Shown: positions 1 through 7,879, counted from the first letter of the stretch. The stretch: DNA of 17,426 bases from Cyanobacteria bacterium J06626_4 (GCA_038523235.1 JBCBJQ010000119.1:1-17426); one strand, 5' to 3'. Notes: a model not told the origin generated them from the letters alone. Numbers and translations: made by a program.

Positions 1-224
1 TACAAAGGGACTGAAGTTCCAGCGGGCTAAAGGGACTGTCTTAAAATAATTACCCAATTAATCGCTGTTTGCCAACAGTAGTTTTTGCACAGAACGAAAA
101 GCTGACCCTGCCAAACTGTATTTTGGCATGAGCCGCTTTTCATCATAATGGCAACGCTTATCAGAGTCAGCACTCAGACGATAAGAATTTATGTTCAATA
201 CTGCTGATACCCGATGAGTTGACT

Positions 225-890
225 CTATGTCTCAGGCTTGAGATAAAGATCGAGTTCCTTCTGCAACCGATGGCGGGCGCGAGCAATGCGCGATTTGACG
301 GTACCCAGAGAGGTGCCTGTAATGTCAGCAATTTCTTCGTAGCTCAAGCCTTGAATTTCGCGCAAGACAATGGTGGTACGAAAAACTTCGGGCAAACCGG
401 AGATCGCTTGCTCTAGCTGAGCATAAAACTCCTGCGTCATCAGCGTATCAACCGGATTGGGTGCATCAGAAGCGACTTCCCACTCCATTTCGCCGTCCGA
501 CAACATTTTCGGCGCATCCAAAGACAACGGCGATTGATGCCGTTTGCGTTTGCGCAGTTCGTCATAAAACAAGTTGGTGGTAATGCGGCCCAGCCAGCTC
601 TTAAAGCGTTCAACCGTTTGCAGCTTATGGAGATTGCGATAGACCCGAATCCACACTTCTTGAGCCAGATCAGCACGATCCGACCAATCTGGCGCGAGAT
701 GATAGAGCAATCGCTCTACATAGCTTTGATATCGCGTCACAAGTTCAGCAAAGGCAGCTTTGTCAGGGCGACGCTGTGAGCAACAGCGCTCAATTAATTC
801 ATAATTTGATAGTTGAGCCGGTAAGTCGTGGCGCAGGGCCGATAGGGCAGAGCGAGCAGACGTCCAAGGTGTAGAAAATGAATAACTCAT
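225..890 (-). CDS. sigG: ECF (group 4) RNA polymerase sigma factor, cyanobacterial SigG type
   Basis: Region 2 'DRADLAQEVWIRVYRNL...FKSWLGRITTNLFYDELRKRKR' and region 4 'LPEVFRTTIVLREIQGLSYEEIADITGTSLGTVKSRIARAR' are typical of cyanobacterial SigG. I prefer the ATG at 890 (MSYSFSTPW) over the ORF-track GTG at 902. Confidence 0.88.
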   Translation of the reverse strand: MSYSFSTPWTSARSALSALRHDLPAQLSNYELIERCCSQRRPDKAAFAELVTRYQSYVERLLYHLAPDWSDRADLAQEVWIRVYRNLHKLQTVERFKSWLGRITTNLFYDELRKRKRHQSPLSLDAPKMLSDGEMEWEVASDAPNPVDTLMTQEFYAQLEQAISGLPEVFRTTIVLREIQGLSYEEIADITGTSLGTVKSRIARARHRLQKELDLYLKPET

Positions 891-937
891 AGATTCAGAC
901 ACGGCTGTGGTGTGAGTGAGCAGAACGTTTAGTAGCT

Positions 938-961
938 GACCCTTGTGATGAGAAGGATTCC
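938..961 (-). promoter_or_regulatory. Putative ECF-type (SigG autoregulatory) promoter GGAAT-N16-GTC
   Basis: The minus strand reads GGAAT-ccttctcatcacaagg-GTC about 50 bp upstream of the sigG ATG. This fits the GGAAC-N16/17-GTC pattern of RpoE/SigG-type ECF promoters with one mismatch. Confidence 0.45.
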
Positions 962-1147
962 TGTCGGGAAAAGCTAAAATAGCGACTCGCGAATTCCCTT
1001 GTGTTGTACAGCGATCGCGTTAGCTTCATGTTTAGATTGTGTGCCTATCGTTTTTGTGTCACAGTCATCTCTAATGAGGCTGGCGGCGAAAGTCTCTTCG
1101 CCTCAGTGGTCAGGGTATACTCAACCCATTAGAACGATTCCCAGCCT

Positions 1148-1615
1148 ATGCGTTATCTGGCAAAGGTAGAGCGGGCCTCTTTCCTCGGAAACGCCGTCTT
1201 GCAACTCCTGGCACGACAAGTTGATGACTATCTCTGGGAAAGGCTCCCTCAGGAAAAATCAGTCGAAACCAGTATTGCTCTAGGCGTTGGCGATGGGGCT
1301 ATTGTCTTAGTGAATATGGAGCCTGAGGCGGACAAAATCTTGGCCGTTGAGGATGTCGTGCCCTGGCTACTCGCGATCATCGAACAGTTTCTTGCTCAAG
1401 GGGTGACACCCGAGTTTTTGACCCAAGAGGCAGAACGAGCCGAACAGTGGCGACAGTCTTTAACGTTGGAAAGTCAAGAAGTTGAGCGACGTGCCCTCGA
1501 AACCGCTGCCCGTCGCGATGAAATTCAAGAACTTGAGCGCAACTTAAAAACGGCACGAGAAGATCTAGACCAGCGCGAAGCCGAGTTTTTAACCCGTCAG
1601 CAAAACCAAGATTAA
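1148..1615 (+). CDS. Conserved cyanobacterial coiled-coil protein resembling the N-terminal part of HmpF
   Basis: 155-aa ORF with an ATG start. It begins 'MRYLAKVE...LQLLARQ...W', contains 'GDGAIVLVNM', and ends in a charged heptad-rich tail 'EQWRQSLTLESQEVERRALETAARRDEIQELE'. The HmpF resemblance is from memory, not from a search. Confidence 0.7.
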   Translation: MRYLAKVERASFLGNAVLQLLARQVDDYLWERLPQEKSVETSIALGVGDGAIVLVNMEPEADKILAVEDVVPWLLAIIEQFLAQGVTPEFLTQEAERAEQWRQSLTLESQEVERRALETAARRDEIQELERNLKTAREDLDQREAEFLTRQQNQD

Positions 1616-1869
1616 CGCTGTGTTGCGAGCCTGAATAGTTAGTCCAAACGATACACTGCGGTCAGATGAGCTCCTCCGGCCTGAGTGCCTACCAAAGAAT
1701 GCGGTGTAGCTGAATTATTCTGCCGGATAATATAAGTAGGGTGATCACTCTGCAGCAGCATTAACTGGCCTGTTCCGGTCTCAGGTGCTGACTGATGCTG
1801 AACAGACAGCTGTGGTATCACTAGCAGCACGGCTGATCCCAAAATTCTTGTTCCTTAGTCCTAGCGTCT

Positions 1870-2301
1870 GTGGTTTCAACAAATGCGTGTTCTCAGCCCG
1901 TTATTTTGGGATTTGACCCCGGTCGGCAAAAATGCGGCCTAGCCGTCATGGGATTAGACCGAGTGCTCATGCATCGGGCAGTCGTCGCGGCAGGGGCCGT
2001 GTTGACCACTATCGAACAGCTGCAGCAGCAATATCCCATCTCACTCATTGTGATGGGTGATCAGACCTCGGCCAAAGACTGGAAGACGCAGCTAACCCAA
2101 CTCAGTCAGCCTTTGCGGGTGGTTTTAATTGATGAGCGCTACTCGTCGTTAGAAGCCCGCGATCGCTATTGGCAGATGTATCCACCAGCCGGGTTGCAGC
2201 GATTATTACCCCAGGGATTTCGTCAACCGACTGTGCCAATTGATGACATTGTCGCCATGCTGTTGATTGAACGCTACCTCAATCGCCTCACAGAAGGTTG
2301 A
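1870..2301 (+). CDS. YqgF/RuvX-like RNase H-fold nuclease (cyanobacterial paralog)
   Basis: Motifs 'ILGFDPGRQKCGLAV', 'IVMGDQT', 'IDERYSSLEARDRYW' and 'IDDIVAMLLIERYL'. GTG start; the exact start is uncertain. Confidence 0.85.
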   Translation: MVSTNACSQPVILGFDPGRQKCGLAVMGLDRVLMHRAVVAAGAVLTTIEQLQQQYPISLIVMGDQTSAKDWKTQLTQLSQPLRVVLIDERYSSLEARDRYWQMYPPAGLQRLLPQGFRQPTVPIDDIVAMLLIERYLNRLTEG

Positions 2302-2447
2302 GGTAGCGTCTCTCTGCCAAGGCCACCAATACCGATCATTCAAAAGTGGAGAGTAGAGAGCAGGCATGCGTAGCCAGGTTCTTGGCCAGAGAATCAAAAC
2401 GCGAGCCATCTCTAGCTAGCCTGACTAAACGCGATGAGTCAACAGTC

Positions 2448-2714
2448 TTACAGCTTGGCTCGAATGGTGAAGGAATAATCACCCCCGGCTTCGAGCTGAT
2501 AATCAAACTGTTCTAAAAACCGACCCAGCGGTTCGCGAATTAGCGCGCGCCCTAAAGACGGTTCAATCGTCAACCCACCTTTTGAAAACTGCCACTGAAA
2601 CTGCCATTCATAATCGTTGGCGCTCACCTCACCTTCCAGCCGTCCCAAATGCCAAGACTGGTACGTAATGCGGACGTAGGCAGTGGTTTCTGGCAGAGAA
2701 CGATTACGGGTCAC
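2448..2714 (-). CDS. DUF3146 family protein
   Basis: 'LPETTAYVRITYQSW...LEGEVSA...WQFQWQF...L.IEPSLGRALIREPLGRFLEQFDYQLEAGGDYSFTIRAKL' matches this conserved cyanobacterial family, which commonly neighbours the YqgF-like gene. I chose the GTG at 2714; the ORF track extends to 2738. Confidence 0.85.
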   Translation of the reverse strand: MTRNRSLPETTAYVRITYQSWHLGRLEGEVSANDYEWQFQWQFSKGGLTIEPSLGRALIREPLGRFLEQFDYQLEAGGDYSFTIRAKL

Positions 2715-3143
2715 AGGAGCAATACTAAGTCTCAACAATCAGTCATGGGTCGTGCGATATGCCGCGATCGCGGATTTAGCTTTGACCTTAACAGCTAACA
2801 TAGCTGCGTTGCCCCTTAGAGATCTACTCCTCAAAGAGATTTATTTTCAGGATTTGCCGATATTTCAAACTGCCTTTTGTTGATGGCAACGTTCGTTTTG
2901 CGTGCTCTCACGCTAGTGTGGTTAGGACGAGACTGCAGCCACCTGGCTAAGGCGCGAAGGCTTCAGCGCGCGCTCCGGTGTCCGAAGCAAAGTGGCCAGC
3001 GCCACATAGGCAGTCAAAAGCTGGGCAAGAGGGCAAGAGACAGGGTTTTGCATCGTGGGCTTGTCGATCATCCTGTCGAACTCCAACGACCGCTCGCGGA
3101 GATGCTGCTGCTGCGGCTATAGCTGAAACATCATGGCCAAATC

Positions 3144-3752
3144 TCAAGGGCTTTGCCATCGCTGCCAATCTTGGGGGGTGTTACAGTTTGCCAACATGTC
3201 TACTGGCACATCGGCAATGGGCATGACTGACTGCGCCTCCTCTGAAGACTGGTCAAGCCAGCCCTGAAACGATCGCCGACCCGTGGTGAGATATTGCTGC
3301 AAGCTAGGCAAACAGGCCGAGCGATAAAAACCACACAGCGGTTCCCACCCTTGAGGACGACGGGGTAAATAGGCGATCACAGTCGAAGGCAGTTGCGGTA
3401 ATAATCGCTGCCATTGCTGCAGCACATTGCCTTGTAAATTGGGCAAATCGCAGGCTAGCAGCAGCGTCCATTCAGTCTCTACCGTCTCCAACGCGCGGAC
3501 AAAGGCGATCAGCGGCCCGGCTGCCCGGCCGCCAGCCGGTGGGGAGGGTTCGATTACCCACTGTGCTGTTGGCGGCAATAGCGGTCGGTAGCGATCGCGC
3601 TGCGGTGTTACCACCCGCACATCAGCGGTGACAGTTTGCGCCACGTCCCACGTACGACGCAGCAGGGGTACGCCATCGTACCTCAGCAAAGCCTTGTCCT
3701 GTCCCATGCGCTGGCTCGCCCCCCCGGCCAAAATAAGTGCTGTCAGTGTCAT
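3144..3752 (-). CDS. mobA: Molybdenum cofactor guanylyltransferase
   Basis: 'ALILAGGASQRMGQDKALL', 'GPL', 'LLLACDLP', 'WEPLCGFY' and 'NCNTPQD' are MobA/NTP_transf_3 motifs. ATG at 3752; the ORF track starts at 3758. Confidence 0.92.
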   Translation of the reverse strand: MTLTALILAGGASQRMGQDKALLRYDGVPLLRRTWDVAQTVTADVRVVTPQRDRYRPLLPPTAQWVIEPSPPAGGRAAGPLIAFVRALETVETEWTLLLACDLPNLQGNVLQQWQRLLPQLPSTVIAYLPRRPQGWEPLCGFYRSACLPSLQQYLTTGRRSFQGWLDQSSEEAQSVMPIADVPVDMLANCNTPQDWQRWQSP

Positions 3753-3985
3753 CGCCAATCACCATCCATTTCAAGCAGACTGCCACAGCTACCAAATGCG
3801 GGTGGGCAAGCTGTTCAATCATCCCTCCTCAACAACTCTCCGAACACCGGATTACTTCAGGGTTGTGACAGAAAATTTCATCATGGCGATCGCCGATGTT
3901 GACTGGGGTGAAAGGCTTTTTGCCCTCAGGCAATGTGACGAAGTCTCGCTTGGCGACGATTGCCCTCTCCCTTCAACTTGGCCGA

Positions 3986-4714
3986 TCACCGTTGCGGTTG
4001 GCGATGGCGATTGGCCCACACCAAGCCTTTGGTGAAATAAAGGCTAGCCGTAATGACTGCAAGTAGGGTGTAAAACAGGCGAATGCCCCACCCAGTCAGC
4101 ATAAAGATGCGAGTAAATAGTCCGGGCTCTAGACCGCTAAAGCGCGTCAGCTCAGAGCGAAACCATTTATCGTCTTGGTCAATATTTTGTAGTGCTCTGA
4201 GATTGGTCGGCAAGATAGGTACCTGCACGGTATAGCGAAAAAAGCCAATCAAGCCGCCATTGCCCGTTGCTTGCCTGAGCAACGTATCGGTCACCAGTTC
4301 AGCTTGGGTGGGCAGCAACTCTGACTCCACAGCTACTTCTTGCATCCAGAGGTGATACCGCATGGCATAGCCACTCATAAAAACTAGCGGCACCGCCACC
4401 AGCAGTGGCAGCAGCTTCGGCCACAGGCTCCACTGTCGGGGCAACCACAGCGTAAACGCCCCTAAGCTGACCCCTAAGAGAGCAAACACGATCACGTTTG
4501 TCACTTCCATCAGCTCTAAACTTTTGAGCAATCCACCCACGAGGGGTAGATCGTAGACCACGGCTTCCGAAGCCCAAGCGATCGCGGCCTTTAAGGCCAT
4601 CATGCCGACCACGAGCAGTACCGTGGCACAAGCATACCGCAACAGTTTGGATGACTTGGCGGCAGTTTTGGCACGCGCCTGATGATTCCGCTTTGATGAA
4701 AGTCTTGTCGTCAT
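3986..4714 (-). CDS. Hypothetical integral membrane protein (about 4 predicted TM segments)
   Basis: Long ORF with a basic N-terminus and hydrophobic stretches 'YACATVLLVVGMMALKAAIAWA', 'VIVFALLGVSLGAFTLWL', 'LLPLLVAVPLVFMSGYAM' and 'IRLFYTLLAVITASLYF'. I prefer the ATG at 4714 over the TTG at 4795. Confidence 0.75.
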   Translation of the reverse strand: MTTRLSSKRNHQARAKTAAKSSKLLRYACATVLLVVGMMALKAAIAWASEAVVYDLPLVGGLLKSLELMEVTNVIVFALLGVSLGAFTLWLPRQWSLWPKLLPLLVAVPLVFMSGYAMRYHLWMQEVAVESELLPTQAELVTDTLLRQATGNGGLIGFFRYTVQVPILPTNLRALQNIDQDDKWFRSELTRFSGLEPGLFTRIFMLTGWGIRLFYTLLAVITASLYFTKGLVWANRHRQPQR

Positions 4715-5078
4715 GGGGAGCCAAGGGCTAAAAACAGGAGGGCATGGATCAAACAGCTCAGCACAACCTTGGAAGGGCGGGTACAAGCTTGGCAACCCAA
4801 CGCGCTCTCAAGATAACATTCACAGTCTGACGTAGACAGCGTTGGCGATCGCCCCCAAGGCTAGACATTGTGAGGGTGTCAAACAGCCTCAAACCGGGAG
4901 CAATCATTTTCCCTAGGATGAACTTGAGCAACGAGACGCGATCGCCCCTGATTGCTTATGAGGATAGTTGAGAATGTGGGAAATAGCCGCAGATTTCACT
5001 CAAATTCGTCAGTATTTTTACATCTCCACTAGAGACATTCGCCTTCATTTGAATATCTTGGTTGGCTATTAAACAGCA

Positions 5079-5121
5079 AATCCCGGCGAACTGAGGTGGG
5101 ACCCCTTCATTCACCGGGATT
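5079..5121 (-). terminator. Hairpin / probable intrinsic terminator downstream of the YHS repeat gene
   Basis: Minus-strand AATCCCGGTGAA (5121-5110) pairs with TTCGCCGGGATT (5090-5079): 12 bp with one G-U pair. It is followed by TGCTGTTT and lies about 125 bp after the stop at 5247. Confidence 0.6.
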
Positions 5122-5246
5122 ACTTAGAAGCAGGTGCACCGCCATTGAGTACACAGCTCAGCAGTTTGCTAATCACTCGAACCTGGAACGCTATCTGCGT
5201 TCGTCAGGTTGATTGGCAGGCCGCGACGAGCCTGCCAGTTAAGACT

Positions 5247-6152
5247 CTATTCCGCCCAAGACACCTGGTTTTCGTAGAACGTCTTCTCTGTCAGCACACT
5301 GGGCCACATCGCATCACCTTTCTCGATATTGCCGGGGATATCTTGCACCCACTGATCTTGCACATCTTGGCTGTAGTTGAGATACAGCTTGCCATCAACG
5401 ATCTTCCAAGCACGGGGGTCAACCGAAGCCACGTTACCTTCGCTCATGGCTTTGGCGCAATAGCCGCCGTAGGCGGGGGCAAAGGCTTCAGGCTCAGCCT
5501 TAAACGCTTCCTTGTTGGCGGCGCTGCTAAAGCGCCAGGTCGCACCATTCCACTCGTACTCATATTGCGGCAGGCCAGCCACTGCTTCGCCCATCGTGAA
5601 GTAAGCCACCGGGTCAGCACCGCGAATAGCCAAATCACTTGAACTTTCGATGTAAACCTCAGGGTGAGGAGGCTCAGCTGCCGTCACTACATCTGCCCCA
5701 GCACAGGGATTTGCGGCACAAGGATCAGCTGCACAAGGGTCAGCCGCGCAAGGATTCGCTGCACAAGGATCAACTGCGGCACAGGGATCAGCCGCCGCGC
5801 AAGGGTCAACTGCCGCGCAAGGATTCGCCGCACAGGGATCAACTGCGGCACAGGGGTTGGCCGCACAAGGATCAACCGCTGCACAGGGATCAGCCGCTGC
5901 ACAAGGTTTAGCCGCACAGGGATTCGCCGCACAGGGGTCAACTGCCGCGCAAGGATTCGCCGCACAAGGATCAGCCGCACAAGGGTAAGCGGCACAAGGA
6001 TTGGCTGCACAAGGATCAACCGCTGCGCAGGGATTTTCGACCTCAGCAGCACAGGGGTTCGCTTGCGCGGGGCTAAAGATGGTGGGCAGAGAAGCCACCC
6101 CAACAGATAAAACAGCTGAGGCAACAAAAGCGGTTAAGTACTTAATCTTCAT
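5247..6152 (-). CDS. Exported YHS-domain protein with an N-terminal array of 22 xPCA(A/G) cysteine repeats
   Basis: Sec-type signal peptide MKIKYLTAFVASAVLSVGVASLPTIFSPAQA with an A-Q-A cleavage site, then a 121-aa repeat region. The C-terminal 'AIRGADPVAYF...WNGATWRFSSAANKEAFKAEPEAFAPAYGGYCA...DPRAWKIVDGKLYLNYS' is characteristic of the YHS (seleno)protein-like family. I prefer the ATG at 6152 over the TTG at 6176. Confidence 0.9.
   Translation of the reverse strand: MKIKYLTAFVASAVLSVGVASLPTIFSPAQANPCAAEVENPCAAVDPCAANPCAAYPCAADPCAANPCAAVDPCAANPCAAKPCAAADPCAAVDPCAANPCAAVDPCAANPCAAVDPCAAADPCAAVDPCAANPCAADPCAADPCAANPCAGADVVTAAEPPHPEVYIESSSDLAIRGADPVAYFTMGEAVAGLPQYEYEWNGATWRFSSAANKEAFKAEPEAFAPAYGGYCAKAMSEGNVASVDPRAWKIVDGKLYLNYSQDVQDQWVQDIPGNIEKGDAMWPSVLTEKTFYENQVSWAE
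5697..6059 (-). repeat. Intragenic tandem repeat of 15/18-nt units encoding (V/A)(N/D/Y/K)PCAA, 22 copies
   Basis: Counted from the translation: 22 xPCA(A/G) units plus 11 spacer residues give 121 aa = 363 nt. Third codon positions vary between units. Confidence 0.95.
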
Positions 6153-6311
6153 CGGGCAACATCCATAAAACGGCAATAGTCAGTCAAAATCTGTCGTCAA
6201 ACAACGTAAATCTCTTGACAGGGTGTGCTTTCTCTTGCCTGCTACCGGTGAAGTTCGACACCTCACAGCCAGGCTCACATTCAACCCCGCTCTCACTAAA
6301 CGGCATCTCGA

Positions 6312-6350
6312 TGAAGTGCGTCTGAGGAAGATCTGAGAAAACGTTGAGAA
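6312..6350 (-). promoter_or_regulatory. Four direct repeats with exact 11-bp period; putative OmpR/PhoB-family response regulator operator
   Basis: Plus strand TGAAGT (6312), TGAGGA (6323), TGAGAA (6334), TGAGAA (6345). The minus strand reads TTCTCA-N5-TTCTCA-N5-TCCTCA-N5-ACTTCA, about 160-200 bp upstream of the YHS gene start. Confidence 0.5.
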
Positions 6351-6541
6351 TTGCAACGCAAAGCGCATCGGAGGGAACACCAGAACCCTCATCCGGGCTT
6401 TTTGGGCGGAACTGCAGTGGATGGATGAAGTCGAGCGGGTTCTCTGGAGTCTGTCGCCATTAGAGATCGCGTATGACTGACAGCCACTCGTTTGTAGCCC
6501 TTAGCGATTGGCGTTAACGACATCTGTGAGGGCCGGTTTGA

Positions 6542-6567
6542 TTGATGCCTTGCCGCAATGGCATCAA
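6542..6567. terminator. Inverted repeat downstream of ispH (possible terminator or 3' stabiliser)
   Basis: TTGATGCC-N10-GGCATCAA is a perfect 8-bp stem 70 bp after the ispH stop. There is no clear U-tract on the minus strand. Confidence 0.35.
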
Positions 6568-6637
6568 GATTTCAAACTAAACCCACTCCGACCGTGACGG
6601 TATATTCTTTTTCAGAAATCTCCTGAAATCCAGATAT

Positions 6638-7879
6638 TTAGTCAGCCGTGACGAGGGCTGACTGTTGTTTGAGCTGAAAAATGCGCTCAATGGACGCTTC
6701 GACAGCGCGATCAGGGGTCGAGGCACCAGAGGTCACCCCCACTGTGATGGGGCCTGCGGGCAGCCAATTTTCAGTCACTGTGAGGTCACCGTGTAGCGGC
6801 TTATGTTCAATACGGTTGTCTGGCCCAATTCGCTCAGGGCCGTCGATGTGATAAGAGGGAATGTCGCGCTCGATCGCGATTTCTTGCAAATGTGTGGTGT
6901 TTGAGGAGTTATAGCCACCAATCACCAGCATCACGTCCACAGTCTCATCAACAAGCTCAAACATGGCATCCTGACGTTCTTGGGTGGCGTCACAGATGGT
7001 GTTGAAGGCTAGAAAGTGATCGTTCAGCGATTGCGGCCCGTATTTTTGCAGCATGGTGTGCTCAAACAGCTTGCCGATCGCCTCAGTTTCTCCCTTCAAC
7101 ATGGTGGTTTGGTTCGCCACGCCGATCCGTTCGAGATCTTTGTCAGGATCAAACCCGACGGAATAGGCCTGTGCGAACTTGGCGAGAAACTCATCACGAC
7201 GTTGCTGTTGCGCCTCAGGAGACTCAGCTTTGGTGAGCATATAGTCAGCCACATACTGGGCTTCATCGAGATTTAGCACTACTAAATAGGTCTGGGCAAA
7301 AGAGCTGGTAGCGACCGTTTCTTCATGCTTGTACTTGCCGTGAATGATGGAAGTGTGCGCTTTTTTCTTATGCTTTTCGACCGTATTCCAAACTTTTGAC
7401 ACCCAGGGGCAGGTCGTATCAACGATGGTGCACCCTTTATCGTTGAGTAGCTTCATCTCTTGCACGCTAGCGCCAAAGGCCGGCAAAATCACGACGTCCC
7501 CTTCACCAACCACGGCAAAGTTTTTATCGCCGTCGATCACTTCGATAAAGTGTACGTTCATTTCCCGTAAGCGCTGATTGACGCCGGGATTATGAATGAT
7601 TTCGTTTGTAATCCAAATGCGCTCAGTGGGAAAATGCTGGCGCGTTTCGTAGGCCATCGCGACTGCCCGTTCGACGCCCCAGCAGAAGCCAAAGGATTTA
7701 GCCAGACTGATGGTGACCTCGCCCTCGGTCAAAACATAATTGTTGTCACGGATTTTTTGAATCAGGTTGCTCTGATACTCCGTTTGCATTTGGTCGGCAA
7801 CATCTTTGCCGTGCCCCAAACTATTGCGGAAATATTTGTCAGAGTGATTCAGCGATCGCTTAAAGGCTTTGGTATCCAT
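6638..7879 (-). CDS. ispH: 4-hydroxy-3-methylbut-2-enyl diphosphate reductase (cyanobacterial/plastid long form)
   Basis: N-terminal '[10 protein letters not shown]' extension; three Fe-S cysteines in '[10 protein letters not shown]', 'DTTCPWV' and '[11 protein letters not shown]'; also 'NQTT', 'SSNT' and '[10 protein letters not shown]'. Confidence 0.97.
   Translation of the reverse strand: MDTKAFKRSLNHSDKYFRNSLGHGKDVADQMQTEYQSNLIQKIRDNNYVLTEGEVTISLAKSFGFCWGVERAVAMAYETRQHFPTERIWITNEIIHNPGVNQRLREMNVHFIEVIDGDKNFAVVGEGDVVILPAFGASVQEMKLLNDKGCTIVDTTCPWVSKVWNTVEKHKKKAHTSIIHGKYKHEETVATSSFAQTYLVVLNLDEAQYVADYMLTKAESPEAQQQRRDEFLAKFAQAYSVGFDPDKDLERIGVANQTTMLKGETEAIGKLFEHTMLQKYGPQSLNDHFLAFNTICDATQERQDAMFELVDETVDVMLVIGGYNSSNTTHLQEIAIERDIPSYHIDGPERIGPDNRIEHKPLHGDLTVTENWLPAGPITVGVTSGASTPDRAVEASIERIFQLKQQSALVTAD

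Noticed and set aside
1639..1842. 67-aa minus-strand ORF in the 1616-1869 spacer
   Set aside because: TTG start, no recognisable motif, and antisense to both neighbours; unsupported.
2877..3226. Small ORFs between DUF3146 and mobA (2877..3122 +, 2947..3168 -, 2978..3226 +)
   Set aside because: They overlap each other and the mobA 3' end, have no recognisable motifs, and lack convincing ribosome-binding sites.
5697..6059. Possible CRISPR array
   Set aside because: Units are 15-18 nt, contiguous, lack unique spacers, lie in frame within a CDS, and there are no cas genes nearby.
5639..6127. Alternative-frame repeat ORFs (5639..5911 +, 5664..6110 +, 5687..6127 -)
   Set aside because: They are shadows of the stop-poor PCAA array. 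Only the PCAA frame has a signal peptide, a downstream domain and synonymous-type variation.
6153..6176. N-terminal extension MPFYGCCP from the TTG at 6176
   Set aside because: The ATG at 6152 gives a canonical signal peptide (MKIK plus hydrophobic core), so the extension is probably not translated.
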